A stretch of DNA of 63,111 bases, the filler included, from Octopus bimaculoides (lineage: Eukaryota), in the NCBI RefSeq assembly GCF_001194135.2. It is 7 parts of 5 records of this genome, joined end to end, with 100 filler letters (N's around TTAATTAATTAA, not from the genome) between each part and the next. Parts side by side here need not be neighbours in the genome. Positions count along the whole stretch, not along the records: positions 51,310 to 56,536 come from NW_026369466.1; positions 56,637 to 61,518 come from NC_068985.1; positions 61,619 to 63,111 come from NC_068981.1; 4 more parts are not named here. One strand, given 5' to 3'. How positions within the stretch are numbered: position 1 is the stretch's first letter; each line of letters opens with the position of its first letter. A program made the position numbers and the translations under genes. The notes beneath the pieces were generated by a model. It was not told where the DNA came from and did not search any database. It was given only the letters and a program-made list of their open reading frames with translations. Below, in pieces: positions 51,795-63,111 of this stretch.

Positions 51795-53594
51795 AGAAAA
51801 TATAGGTCAATTCTATTGACCGCTGGACTTGGCTGTCTCCGAGTACGAGCACATAACATATTTATTTGCAGGCTTTGACTAGCGCAGATCTGATGTATGG
51901 ATTAATGGTTGTTGAGATGAAAGTAATAGAATTAAGTTAAGCATATTGCAATGGGCAGGCCAGTTAGCTGGTTGGCTTATTATTTCCTGTTATTTAGATG
52001 GTCATCTTTCAGAGAGCGATAATTAATNNNNNNNNNNNNNNNNNNNNNNNNNNNNNNNNNNNNNNNNNNNNNNNNNNNNNNNNNNNNNNNNNNNNNNNNN
52101 NNNNNNNNNNNNNNNNNNNNNNNNNNNNNNNNNNNNNNNNNNNNNNNNNNNNNNNNNNNNNNNNNNNNNNNNNNNNNNNNNNNNNNNNNNNNNNNNNNNN
52201 NNNNNNNNNNNNNNNNNNNNNNNNNNNNNNNNNNNNNNNNNNNNNNNNNNNNNNNNNNNNNNNNNNNNNNNNNNNNNNNNNNNNNNNNNNNNNNNNNNNN
52301 NNNNNNNNNNNNNNNNNNNNNNNNNNNNNNNNNNNNNNNNNNNNNNNNNNNNNNNNNNNNNNNNNNNNNNNNNNNNNNNNNNNNNNNNNNNNNNNNNNNN
52401 NNNNNNNNNNNNNNNNNNNNNNNNNNNNNNNNNNNNNNNNNNNNNNNNNNNNNNNNNNNNNNNNNNNNNNNNNNNNNNNNNNNNNNNNNNNNNNNNNNNN
52501 NNNNNNNNNNNNNNNNNNNNNNNNNNNNNNNNNNNNNNNNNNNNNNNNNNNNNNNNNNNNNNNNNNNNNNNNNNNNNNNNNNNNNNNNNNNNNNNNNNNN
52601 NNNNNNNNNNNNNNNNNNNNNNNNNNNNNNNNNNNNNNNNNNNNNNNNNNNNNNNNNNNNNNNNNNNNNNNNNNNNNNNNNNNNNNNNNNNNNNNNNNNN
52701 NNNNNNNNNNNNNNNNNNNNNNNNNNNNNNNNNNNNNNNNNNNNNNNNNNNNNNNNNNNNNNNNNNNNNNNNNNNNNNNNNNNNNNNNNNNNNNNNNNNN
52801 NNNNNNNNNNNNNNNNNNNNNNNNNNNNNNNNNNNNNNNNNCTTCTTCTTCTTCTTCTTCTTCTTCTTCTTCTCCTTTTCCTCCTCTCCCTCTTGCTTCT
52901 TCTACCATCATCACCATCATTCTTAATATTCACTTCTTAGCTATCACTTTCCTAAATCGAAACCTACTTTATATATAATGACGACACCAAACGAATGATT
53001 TCTAGAATGTTTTCAAATTAAGACGTTTCAAAGCTATACAACATGACTTCACAGACATATCGCTTCAAGATGCTCACTTTCAATGTAAAAATCTATAACC
53101 CTTAAAAATTACTTTTATTGGGAACACATCTGCTTCGGAATTTTATTTATTTATTAATTTCAGAGTTTGATTTCATTTGTCGATTCGGCTATTCTCGATA
53201 TACTGAAGTTACTTTATGTTATTTTATACACACACACACACACACATATATATATACCACGTGTTATACACACACACACACACACGCACACACGCACACA
53301 CGCTCACGCGCACACGCACATACACATACATACATATATACGTACATACATACATACATATATGTATATGATATATATTATATATCTATATTATATGTAT
53401 ATTATGTAATATATATATATATAGGTATATGTGTATTATGCATGTATATATATTTTATTATGTATGTATGTATGTATATGAGAAATAAAGATTAACACAA
53501 GTTTATTTTATGCACACACATATAATATATATACTTGTATTATGAGAATGAGCGTAACTACGTATGTAAATATACATACATATATATATATATA

Positions 53595-53641
<47 letters not shown>

Positions 53642-54492
53642 NNNNNNNNNNNNNNNNNNNNNNNNNNNNNNNNNNNNNNNNNNNNNNNNNNNNNNNNNNN
53701 NNNNNNNNNNNNNNNNNNNNNNNNNNNNNNNNNNNNNNNNNNNNNNNNNNNNNNNNNNNNNNNNNNNNNNNNNNNNNNNNNNNNNNNNNNNNNNNNNNNN
53801 NNNNNNNNNNNNNNNNNNNNNNNNNNNNNNNNNNNNNNNNNNNNNNNNNNNNNNNNNNNNNNNNNNNNNNNNNNNNNNNNNNNNNNNNNNNNNNNNNNNN
53901 NNNNNNNNNNNNNNNNNNNNNNNNNNNNNNNNNNNNNNNNNNNNNNNNNNNNNNNNNNNNNNNNNNNNNNNNNNNNNNNNNNNNNNNNNNNNNNNNNNNN
54001 NNNNNNNNNNNNNNNNNNNNNNNNNNNNNNNNNNNNNNNNNNNNNNNNNNNNNNNNNNNNNNNNNNNNNNNNNNNNNNNNNNNNNNNNNNNNNNNNNNNN
54101 NNNNNNNNNNNNNNNNNNNNNNNNNNNNNNNNNNNNNNNNNNNNNNNNNNNNNNNNNNNNNNNNNNNNNNNNNNNNNNNNNNNNNNNNNNNNNNNNNNNN
54201 NNNNNNNNNNNNNNNNNNNNNNNNNNNNNNNNNNNNNNNNNNNNNNNNNNNNNNNNNNNNNNNNNNNNNNNNNNNNNNNNNNNNNNNNNNNNNNNNNNNN
54301 NNNNNNNNNNNNNNNNNNNNNNNNNNNNNNNNNNNNNNNNNNNNNNNNNNNNNNNNNNNNNNNNNNNNNNNNNNNNNNNNNNNNNNNNNNNNNNNNNNNN
54401 NNNNNNNNNNNNNNNNNNNNNNNNNNNNNNNNNNNNNNNNNNNNNNNNNNNNNNNNNNNNNNNNNNNNNNNNNNNNNNNNNNNNNNNNNNNN

Positions 54493-54835
54493 GTAGGATC
54501 GCGGTTTCGATTCCCAGACCGGGCGTTGTGAGTGTTTATTGAGCGAAAACACCTAAAAGCTCCACGAAGCTCCGGCAGGGGATGGTGGCGAACCCTGCTG
54601 AACTCTTTCACCGCATCTTTCTCTCACTCTTACTTCCTGTTTCTGTTGTGCCTGTAATTCAAAGGGTCAGCTTTGTCATACTGTCACGCTGAATATCCCC
54701 GAGAACTACGTTAAGGGTACACGTGTCTGTGGAGTGTTCAGCCACTTGCACGTTAATTTCACGAGCAGGCTGTTCCGTTGATCGGATCAACTGGAACCCT
54801 CGACGTCGTAAGCGACGGAGTGCCAACAACAACAA
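54493..54835 (+). mobile_element. SINE family 'B', well preserved, (CAA)n tail; head partly in the gap
   Basis: GCGGTTTCGATTCCCAGACC B box, intact CpGs, ends CGACGGAGTGCCAACAACAACAA. Confidence 0.8.
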
Positions 54836-55069
54836 TATTAAAGCATTTTATGTGTTTTCTATAGCCAGAGCTACATTGTCTAATATATCCTGCTTTTATT
54901 TTATCGACCCCTTCCCCAGGTGGATGAAAGTCAGAGTAGACTTCTACGAGATTTGAACCCTACACTACGGCACTTAGTATAGAGCAGGGTTTCTCAACCA
55001 TTTTCCCCCTATGTCCCCTTTGGTTCCTATTTAAGCCATTCGATGCTTAAAATACTATCATATACTCTT

Positions 55070-55285
55070 TTACTCTTTTACTTGTTTCAGTCATTTGACT
55101 GTGGCCATGCTGGAGCACCGCCTTTAGTCGAGCAAATCGACCCCAGGAGTTATTCTTTGGAAGCCTAGTACTTATTCTATCAGTCTCTTTTGCCGAACCA
55201 CTAAGTTACGGGGACGTAAACACACGAGCATCGGTTGTCAAGCGATGTTGGGGGGACAAACACAGACACACAAACATATACACAC
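55070..55285 (-). mobile_element. SINE family 'A' tail
   Basis: CTTTTACTTGTTTCAGTCATTTGACTGTGGCCATGCTGGAGCACCGCC...CAAGCGATGTTGGGGGGAC. Confidence 0.8.
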
Positions 55286-55589
55286 ACATTCTTTCTGTTG
55301 AAGAGCGTAGCTCGAAACGTTAAAGACTTTCTTTATTCCCGAGCGTCAAACTAATACATCCTTTTGTTGTTTACACCACCTGTCCTCGTTTGTTGTTGTT
55401 TTTTTTTCGTACATTCTCCCATATATATATATATATATAGCAACTGTTTTATGTATATATGTATGAGCTAAAGAGAGAGCCATGACGTGCTAACTGCACC
55501 TAAAAGAAATTGCAGTTGACTCTCTTATCCAAGTTGATCAGACCAATACCTTCGGGAAAATATTTTACCTCTTACTCGCATTCAGTGAT

Positions 55590-56280
55590 CTTATTAACAC
55601 CGTTATTATGTGAATATACTTTAAGGTTGATGGTGCCGTTGTTGAGTTTACCATCTAGCTACTCCAGATAGGAAATTAACATCTCGAAATAGACTCCGGG
55701 GTCTGAACGCAATTACCCTTTAGCCAAATCCTTCAAATCGAAACAGGAACTAATGCCCAGAATGTTTCCAGACAATCACATCTGAAAATTGCATCTCAAT
55801 TGAATCTGGAAACGAGCAAGCCTAGCAACAAAAGATGCGGCTGCTGCTGAACAGGTTATTGGAAAATTTATCAAGGAAGAAAACCTGATTCAAAAGCCGC
55901 AAACATAATCAGGTCTTAGGGTCAGGCAGTAAATTATCTAATCGAGGTTCTGTATATCCTTCAGCAATTTGGAATTAGTCCTCTCAATCTGATGCTGAAT
56001 TTTGAAGCCTCGATTAGACCATATCATCATTTCGATTCTCCAAATCTTTGAAATAGCTCAAGACCCGCCATTAAGAATGTAATGCTCCATGCTTCCTTGG
56101 TCACAATCATGTCAGAAAAAAACATACTCGAAATGATTGTTTAGTTAGTTATGGAGCCAATCAGACCAAGTTTGTCACTTATAAATCTTAAGGTCACACA
56201 TTTAAAGTTCTAGGACTAAAACGGAGGATTCCTGTCTTTGTGGATTGTCAGTTTAATCTTGGTGCTTCAACAATTAAAGA
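55590..56280 (+). pseudogene. Helitron RepHel helicase (PIF1-like) remnant
   Basis: Ordered motifs M*IYF...EFTI*LLQIGN; SKQELMPRMFPD; RASLATKD; PLNLML...DSPNL*NSSR; KS*GHTFKVLGL. Compare the consensus NMRV...FS.QLL.IGNG; ELIEKVFPD; RAILAPKN; PPH.L.LK...LCNGTR; KSQGQ.L...GL. Confidence 0.65.
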
Positions 56281-56873
56281 ACATCGTAGTCTCGTGACCA
56301 GAGGGGAAAAAAAGGGGAAAATAATAAAAAAGTAAAACGATAAAAAAAAAACCAAACGTACGAGAAAATTTTTTATGTTGAAACTTTGGAACAAACAAAT
56401 AAATATATAAGAAAAATCTATATTCTATTTCTATACTTTTAATAATATATTGCTTTCTATATTTCATTAATATAACAGTTTGTAGTGTGAGCCAAAATCA
56501 TGGTGCTACTTTGATACAATACCTCATCAACGCCTGNNNNNNNNNNNNNNNNNNNNNNNNNNNNNNNNNNNNNNNNNNNNTTAATTAATTAANNNNNNNN
56601 NNNNNNNNNNNNNNNNNNNNNNNNNNNNNNNNNNNNGATTGGAGCCTGGTGTTGCCATCCGGTTTCACCAGTCCTCAGTCAAATCGTCCAACCCATGCTA
56701 GCATGGAAAGCGGACGTTAAACGATGATGATGATGATGATATACATATATACGTACATATATATACATGTGTATATATATATATATATATACACATACAT
56801 GCACATATATGCACATACATACATATATACATATACATATACATACATATATACACATACATACATATATATG

Positions 56874-57703
56874 CTAGCAGCTAAACCTGGTTTCACCAGG
56901 CCTGTTTGGATGATGTGGCCGTGATCGTTTTCAGTTAGGCATAATCTATAACAGCATTTCTCAACCTTATCATTTCGAGTCCCCTGTTTCGATTGGAGCC
57001 TGTAACTGTATGAAGATTTCATCACTCCCCCTGTCAGAAAATGGCTTCAGAAGTTGTGAAGAAAGAATTTGTACATAGTCTGTTTCTGAGAGCTATTCTA
57101 TTGGACGTCTGTATAATCATTAAAACATGTATTTAATTATGAACATAGAAAGAAATTATACATTAATCCCAATTTTTGTAAGCAGTTGTATCCGTAAAAA
57201 GATATATGAAATGGACGTGCATGTGTGTGTGTATGTGAGAGAGAAAGAGGGTGAGAAAGAGAGATAGAGTGAATGACTGAAGTTGTGTCATTGGCTTACG
57301 TTGGCTGGCACGGCAAGTACGAAGTTTTTACGGCGGCAGATGACTGGGGTGATTTGGAAGATGTGAAGAAATGCCGTCTTTTCAGTGGAACGCTTCTTTG
57401 TAGGCAACGTTTCTCATTTTCCCTTCTGATGCACAAATGTATAGACTTTGTGGCCTGCCAACACGGGAGCATCCAACGTAATGCTGACTGTGGAAGAACA
57501 CTTGCTCTGTGAGATTTAAACCAACCATTTGCAATGATTGACCCTGAGAGTTTGATAGGAAATTGAAGCTGCTTAAACTTGTAGATCGTATTGGAGGGAG
57601 GGAGGGAGTGACATTGGAGTGATAAAAACATCTTGACCCGCGGCCGGTCCATTCAAGATGGTTACCTGTAGAACACGGGAGTATAAATTTTGATTATCAT
57701 ACG
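56874..57703 (-). mobile_element. Helitron 3' portion: helicase C-terminus (57382-57703) and terminal hairpin plus CTAG (56874-56900)
   Basis: Across frameshifts: RMIIK-NLYSRVLQVTILNGPAAGQDVFI; FKQLQFPIKL; SQGQSLQMVGLNLTEQVFFHSQHYVGCSRVGRPQSLYICASEGKMRNVAYKEAFH*. Downstream on the same strand is CCTGGT-GAA-ACCAGG, 8 nt, then CTAG. Confidence 0.8.
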
Positions 57704-57993
57704 GAACTTTCCAGGAAGTCCTTGGAACTCTGCATGAATTACCACCCTCAACAGAGTGAAACAAATTAAGTATTTTCTTGTACACATATCACAAGAAAAG
57801 TTCTCTTCTCTGGCCTGGGATTTTCGACATATAATTGAACAAAAGTGAATGAAATAAAACAAAACAAAACATACGTTTATCATGTACACCAACAACCATA
57901 TATGTTAAAATAACAATAATTGAACTGTGAAAACTAAAATGTGGATAGAATTACACAAATTCAATTATAAAAGAATGTAATAATCATACAAAC

Positions 57994-58164
57994 CAAACTT
58001 GAGGGTTTAGAATATCTTGTTGAGCAATCCATGGTTTGCTACCATAAATAGCTTCACCATTGATTTTAAGCCAGTCTCCAAATTGTTTTAATCTTTCTTG
58101 GTAGAGAGGAATGATGCGGCCATCACTTGTGGGTCCAATGTTCATCAGTAGATTTCCTCCACAA
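57994..58164 (-). CDS. FUCA: Alpha-L-fucosidase (GH29) exon: (S)[56 protein letters not shown](W)
   Basis: Acceptor CTCTTTTCAG|, donor TG|GTTTGT, 171 nt, phase 2-2. Strong match to FUCA1/FUCA2 ([15 protein letters not shown]...ERL...G.WL..NGEAIY). Confidence 0.96.
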
Positions 58165-59287
58165 CTGAAAAGAGAGTTGTTTGAAAAAAAACAGTCAAGT
58201 TAGCAGAAGAAAAGAGATATGCACTAGATATTTCATACTGCATATAAAGAGCTAGACTAGATACTTTAAAGATTTTTCAATTAGGTTATATTGAGATTTG
58301 TTTGTTCATTTTTACATCCATTTTCCCATGTTGACATGGATTAGCCAATGTTTTACAATCAGGTGCCCTTCATACCACTACCCCTTACTTGTTGTTTAAG
58401 TAAGGAGTCTTTTCTTACATGCGTCTTCAAAGAGCCACAGACAATTTGTTAACGGTAAATGACATCACTGGTTGTAGCTCAGTGATTTTTGGAGGAGCAC
58501 AAATGTAAACAAATATACAGACACACACGTGTGCATACACAAACACACACACATACAATGAGCTTTGTATTGTTTCCATAAACCAAATTCACTTACAAAG
58601 CATTCGTTGGTCTAGGGTTATAATAGAAAATACTTGCTGAAAATGCTGTGCAGTGGGGCCGAACCTGAAACTATGCAGTCATAAAATGAACTGCTTAACC
58701 ACATGGCCATGCCTGCACAATACAACATAGAATAAGTATATAGTATAATAAATTCTACTATTGCTATCTCATAAGAGCAAAGTAAATATATTGAAATTTA
58801 AATTGCTAGAACTCAAACCTTAAATACTGTTTGAGAACATTGATAACATGGATATGTAGTAAAGGAAAGTAACGGCATATAATTTTAAGATTAAACAATA
58901 TACACAACTTTCTGGTTATTTCTGAGTCTTTTGTCTTAGATATTTTGATAAAATAATTCCTATCTAATAGTAACTCTACTCTGTGGAGTAGTATGAGAGA
59001 CTTACCATACAACAATTCATGTACACAGAATTTGTCTTATTTTAATGGCTTTGTCAAAGTAGGAAACGCAACCTCTATGATCCTTTTCATGATTGCTGAG
59101 AATGTTATAGAGGAACAAACCATGACTCTCAGATTATCCTTGGCCAAGAGACCTGGTCCAAATGCAGAGTAGACTCTGCTACAGGTATTTCAGAGTCAGG
59201 TAGTGGTATTTTACTAGGTGATTGTTTGGTGTAGAATCCAAAACAGTACAAAAGAATATCACTTAAGGAACTCATATAAATACATAC

Positions 59288-59420
59288 CTAACAGTTTTGG
59301 CTAAAGTTTCTGTTAATTCTTCCATTGTAAAATAGTCTTGTTCCTGAGCATTTCGCCGATAACCCCAGGACTCCTTATCAATTGTCATACAATTTTCCCA
59401 TTTGCGGGGCTGGATGGTAC
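59288..59420 (-). CDS. FUCA: Alpha-L-fucosidase exon: (G)[43 protein letters not shown](S)
   Basis: Acceptor CTCCAAAG|, donor AG|GTATGT, 133 nt, phase 1-2. [16 protein letters not shown] is as in FUCA2. Confidence 0.97.
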
Positions 59421-60077
59421 CTTTGGAGATGAAACTATAAAAGTATGAAATCCTAACCATATAATTTCACATTTAAAGATTTTTTTTTTTTTTGTTATCA
59501 AATCAGAGTTTGCCAAAAGCAAGGCCATGAAGGTTTATGAGGTGCAATAAGTTAAAAAAGGATTAAAAAAACCTATTTATCCTACACTTAACTAACAAGG
59601 TACAGACAAAACTGGCAACTAAAGATTGGGCACAGCCTAAGTAAATTTTGTCATTATATGTCTATTTCAAAATGATATTTAAAAAGTACATCTTTAAATT
59701 AATCACATTGCTAGATGTGAATGAGCTGTATATGTTTGTAAGATACTCATTTGAGAGGAGACATAATCCTCTATAGGTAAACATTGTTTCAAGGATGAAA
59801 GAAAACCAAACCAGGGAAGACATAAAAAGACAGCTCCAAATTTTTAATTGCCCATATAAAGAATCTAATGTTGTGAAGTAAAAACACTACCTAAAGAGCT
59901 TCCTCTAAAAAATAATATCACAGTAAATAAGATAGTTTACTGTGTTTGAATCATGCTTGGAACAGAAAAGTACATACAGAAATAAGTTCCTTATAGGTAT
60001 ACTGTGAGAAGGAAAATGAATTGATTCATGCCAATGTAGACACCCCTAAACTCCTCATTGATTATTTTTCTTCATAT

Positions 60078-60265
60078 GTAAGGTGGCAAGCAGGTAGAAT
60101 TATTAGCACACCGGGCAAAATGCTTAATGGCATTTTGTCTGTCCTTACATTCTGAGTTTGAATTCCACCGAGGTTGACTTGGCCTTTCATCCTTTCGGAG
60201 TCAATAAAATAAGTACTAGTCAAGTACTGGGGTCGATGTAATCGACTTAACCCCTCCCCAAAATT
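60078..60265 (+). mobile_element. SINE family 'D' in a fucosidase intron
   Basis: AAGGTGGCAAGCAGGTAGAAT...TCTGAGTTTGAATTCCACCGAGG...CATCCTTTCGGAGTC...GTACTGGGGTCGATGTAATCGACT. Confidence 0.75.
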
Positions 60266-60673
60266 TCAAGAAGAAAGATTAGAAGAAAGATAGAAGAAAA
60301 GATTATCTTCTTCATATGTCATTAATATTTTATTAGCTTCATTACATTTCGGTGAGCAAAGTGGTGATAAGCTCAAAGTAAGCCACACTTGCAATACAGA
60401 TTTAATCCTGGGTTAAGTTGCTTCACTTTACTCTTCTTAGCAATGATTAATAGCATAGTCGATAACATAGAGATTGACACTCATCTAACAGATTTATCTT
60501 GACATACTACATGAAGGCAATGTCTTCAATGACAACACAACAATATCCTCCATGTTTTAGTGAATTTCCATTTAATACAATAAAAGATAAAGAAAAGGAT
60601 TTCATAAAAAAAATTCAACACCAATTATATGACAATCAGGAAAATAGAATTAGAGATTTCCAGAGATTCTTAC

Positions 60674-60771
60674 CAGGATTATAGCGATCGTCACATGTCA
60701 TGAAACCTCCATGTCGACATCGAGCATCTTTTCCCCATCTATCATTGATCACAACTGTGTTCTTTACTGGG
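60674..60771 (-). CDS. FUCA: Alpha-L-fucosidase exon: (S)[32 protein letters not shown](G)
   Basis: Acceptor TCTATCCAG|, donor G|GTAAGA, 98 nt, phase 2-1. V.NDRWG and HGG motifs of GH29. The three exons splice into one uninterrupted frame. Confidence 0.97.
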
Positions 60772-61259
60772 CTGGATAGATTGAAATTACATATAGTAAA
60801 TAAATAATCAACATCATGATCATAATGATGATGATCATCATCATTTAACATCCACTTTTCCATGTTTACATGGGTGAGACAGAATTAGTTAAGGCAAGTT
60901 TTTAAATGGTTGGGTATCCTTCCTGTCATGAAACCTCAACAGTTTCCAGAAAAGGTCATATTTCCATAGGGCCAGACATGTTTTCAAGAAAGTTTGCAAA
61001 CAAACAACCATACAAATAATCTAAATAAATGGCCATGGAGAAATGACTTCATAAATAGGTATGAATTATAAGGCAACTGGGAGTTAAATATATTGTTCAA
61101 GGACACATAATGAATGACATAGAATATATATTATACATAAATATACATACATATATACATACCTACATACATATATATATACATATTTATATATATATAT
61201 ACACACATATATATATATATATATATACATACATATATATACACAAATATATATACATA

Positions 61260-61518
61260 CATCATCATCATCATCATCATCGTTTAACGTCCGCTTTCCA
61301 TGCTAGCATGGGTTGGACGATTTGACTGAGGACTGGTGAAACCGGATGGCAACACCAGGCTCCAATCTAATTTGGCAGAGTTTCTACAGCTGGATGCCCT
61401 TCCTAACGCCAACTACTCAGAGAGTGTAGTGGGTGCTTTTACGTGTCACCCGCACGAAGGCCAGTCAGGCGGTACTGGCAACGGCCACGCTCGAAATGGT
61501 GTCTTTTATGTGCCACCC
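61260..61518 (-). mobile_element. Family 'C' retroposon, cut off by a gap
   Basis: (ATC)n GTTTAACGTCCGCTTTCCATGCTAGCATGGGTTGGACG...GTGTCTTTTATGTGCCACC. Confidence 0.8.
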
Positions 61519-61697
61519 NNNNNNNNNNNNNNNNNNNNNNNNNNNNNNNNNNNNNNNNNNNNTTAATTAATTAANNNNNNNNNNNNNNNNNNNNNNNNNN
61601 NNNNNNNNNNNNNNNNNNCCCTCATTATTTTTTGATGATGGTACTACGCCAACAGCAACAGCAGTAACAAAAACAACAACAACAACACCTACATCAT

Positions 61698-61728
<31 letters not shown>

Positions 61729-62024
61729 AGCAGCAGTAACAGCAGCAGCAGCAACAGCAGCAGCTGTTGGCTCTGTCTGCAAGCAGCAAGTCAGTCTGTA
61801 ACTGCAGGTTATTTAGCAGTAGCGGCAGTCATAAATTTGAATAGGCAGAGACAGAAATAAACAGCTATGCGAACGGGAAACGAACACACTTTGCGAACGG
61901 GAAAAGTACACTCAAACACAGACAACAATGTATATGACTATACGTCTGCCAACTTAGCGGATGGATTCTCTGTGTGTGTGTGTGTGTATGTGTGTGTGTG
62001 TGTGTACGAGCATGTATGTGAGTG

Positions 62025-62059
<35 letters not shown>

Positions 62060-62155
62060 GAGAGGAAGAGAGAGAGAGNNNNNNNNNNACACACATATAT
62101 ATATATATATATACATATATATATGTATATATATATATGTAAAGATATATATATA

Positions 62156-62190
<35 letters not shown>

Positions 62191-62207
62191 AAAGATGTAT
62201 ATATTAT

Positions 62208-62238
<31 letters not shown>

Positions 62239-62433
62239 GTATGATAAGAAATACATTAAAATTCGTGTACATACATACATACATACATACATACATACAC
62301 ATGCATGCAGGCATGCATATATGCGTGTACGTGCATGTGTCCGTGTGTGAGATTCAGTCGAGCAGACAACGATTTCAGCTGATCCTGTCAGCTGGAATCT
62401 GTTGTTCAACTGTTACGTCAGATACACAACTGC

Positions 62434-62524
<91 letters not shown>

Positions 62525-63066
62525 GCTCATTTCACTGTATCTACTTTTTCTATCTGCCTTTCTCTCGCTCTTCACACGCACAAACACACAGAGCCTCGGC
62601 CGATATCGGCAACATTCGCTTGCACCACCATCACCATCACCATCACCATCACCTGTATCACCACCAGCATCACAGACTCCATCACAACCAACCCCACCAC
62701 TACCACGAACCGAACTTCATCTCCACAACCACCACCTCCATTACTTCATCACTGCTACGACCGCTGGTGCTGGTGCTGCTGTTGCCACTGTTACAGCAAC
62801 TATTATTATACTGTTCCTGTTAATACGCACAGTTTCTTGAGTTCCGTTTATTGACTTAGGTAAAACAAGTGGTGGCGATGACCTGGGTCATAGAATACAG
62901 TAGGATTTCTGCGATCAAACTATATGCGCACACGCAAAGACAGATAGACAGACACAAACAGCTACACGTGCGGAGGCCACGTTCTCTCTGTCTGTATATG
63001 ATGCACACCAAAAAGTGAGGAGAATGCATAAAGAATGTACTCGAAATTAAAAATGAAAAGAGCATG

Positions 63067-63111
<45 letters not shown>

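Overview
AT-rich, microsatellite-dense animal genomic DNA from a gapped draft assembly. The repeat families look like octopus, but the species is my inference. No prokaryotic-type system, CRISPR array, rRNA gene or true tRNA gene is present. Host genes appear only as small exons in very long introns. (1) The 45-nt first coding exon of a Rab GDP-dissociation inhibitor lies on the minus strand (17656-17700, MDETYDVIVLGTGLK). (2) An unidentified plus-strand gene sits head-to-head with it, with two phase-compatible candidate exons (19675-19795 and 31757-31835). (3) Three consecutive, perfectly phased exons of a GH29 alpha-L-fucosidase lie on the minus strand (60674-60771, 59288-59420, 57994-58164); its last exon is not visible. 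The rest is transposon debris: DD37E (TRT-type) Tc1, DD34D-like mariner, DD36E (Incomer-type) Tc1, a probable Chapaev3-type transposase, two Helitron helicase remnants, RTE LINE pieces, Penelope-like tails, a foldback MITE family and several SINE or non-autonomous retroposon families. The most notable structural observations are a DD36E transposase whose two halves lie in opposite orientation and rejoin almost to the codon (an apparent ~2.1-kb inversion), a near-identical inverted SINE pair bracketing the orphan exon, three overlapping upstream ORFs ahead of the orphan gene, and a 256-bp exact duplication ending at a hairpin. I found no clear new multi-gene system. All alignments were made by eye against remembered family consensuses, so repeat boundaries are approximate.
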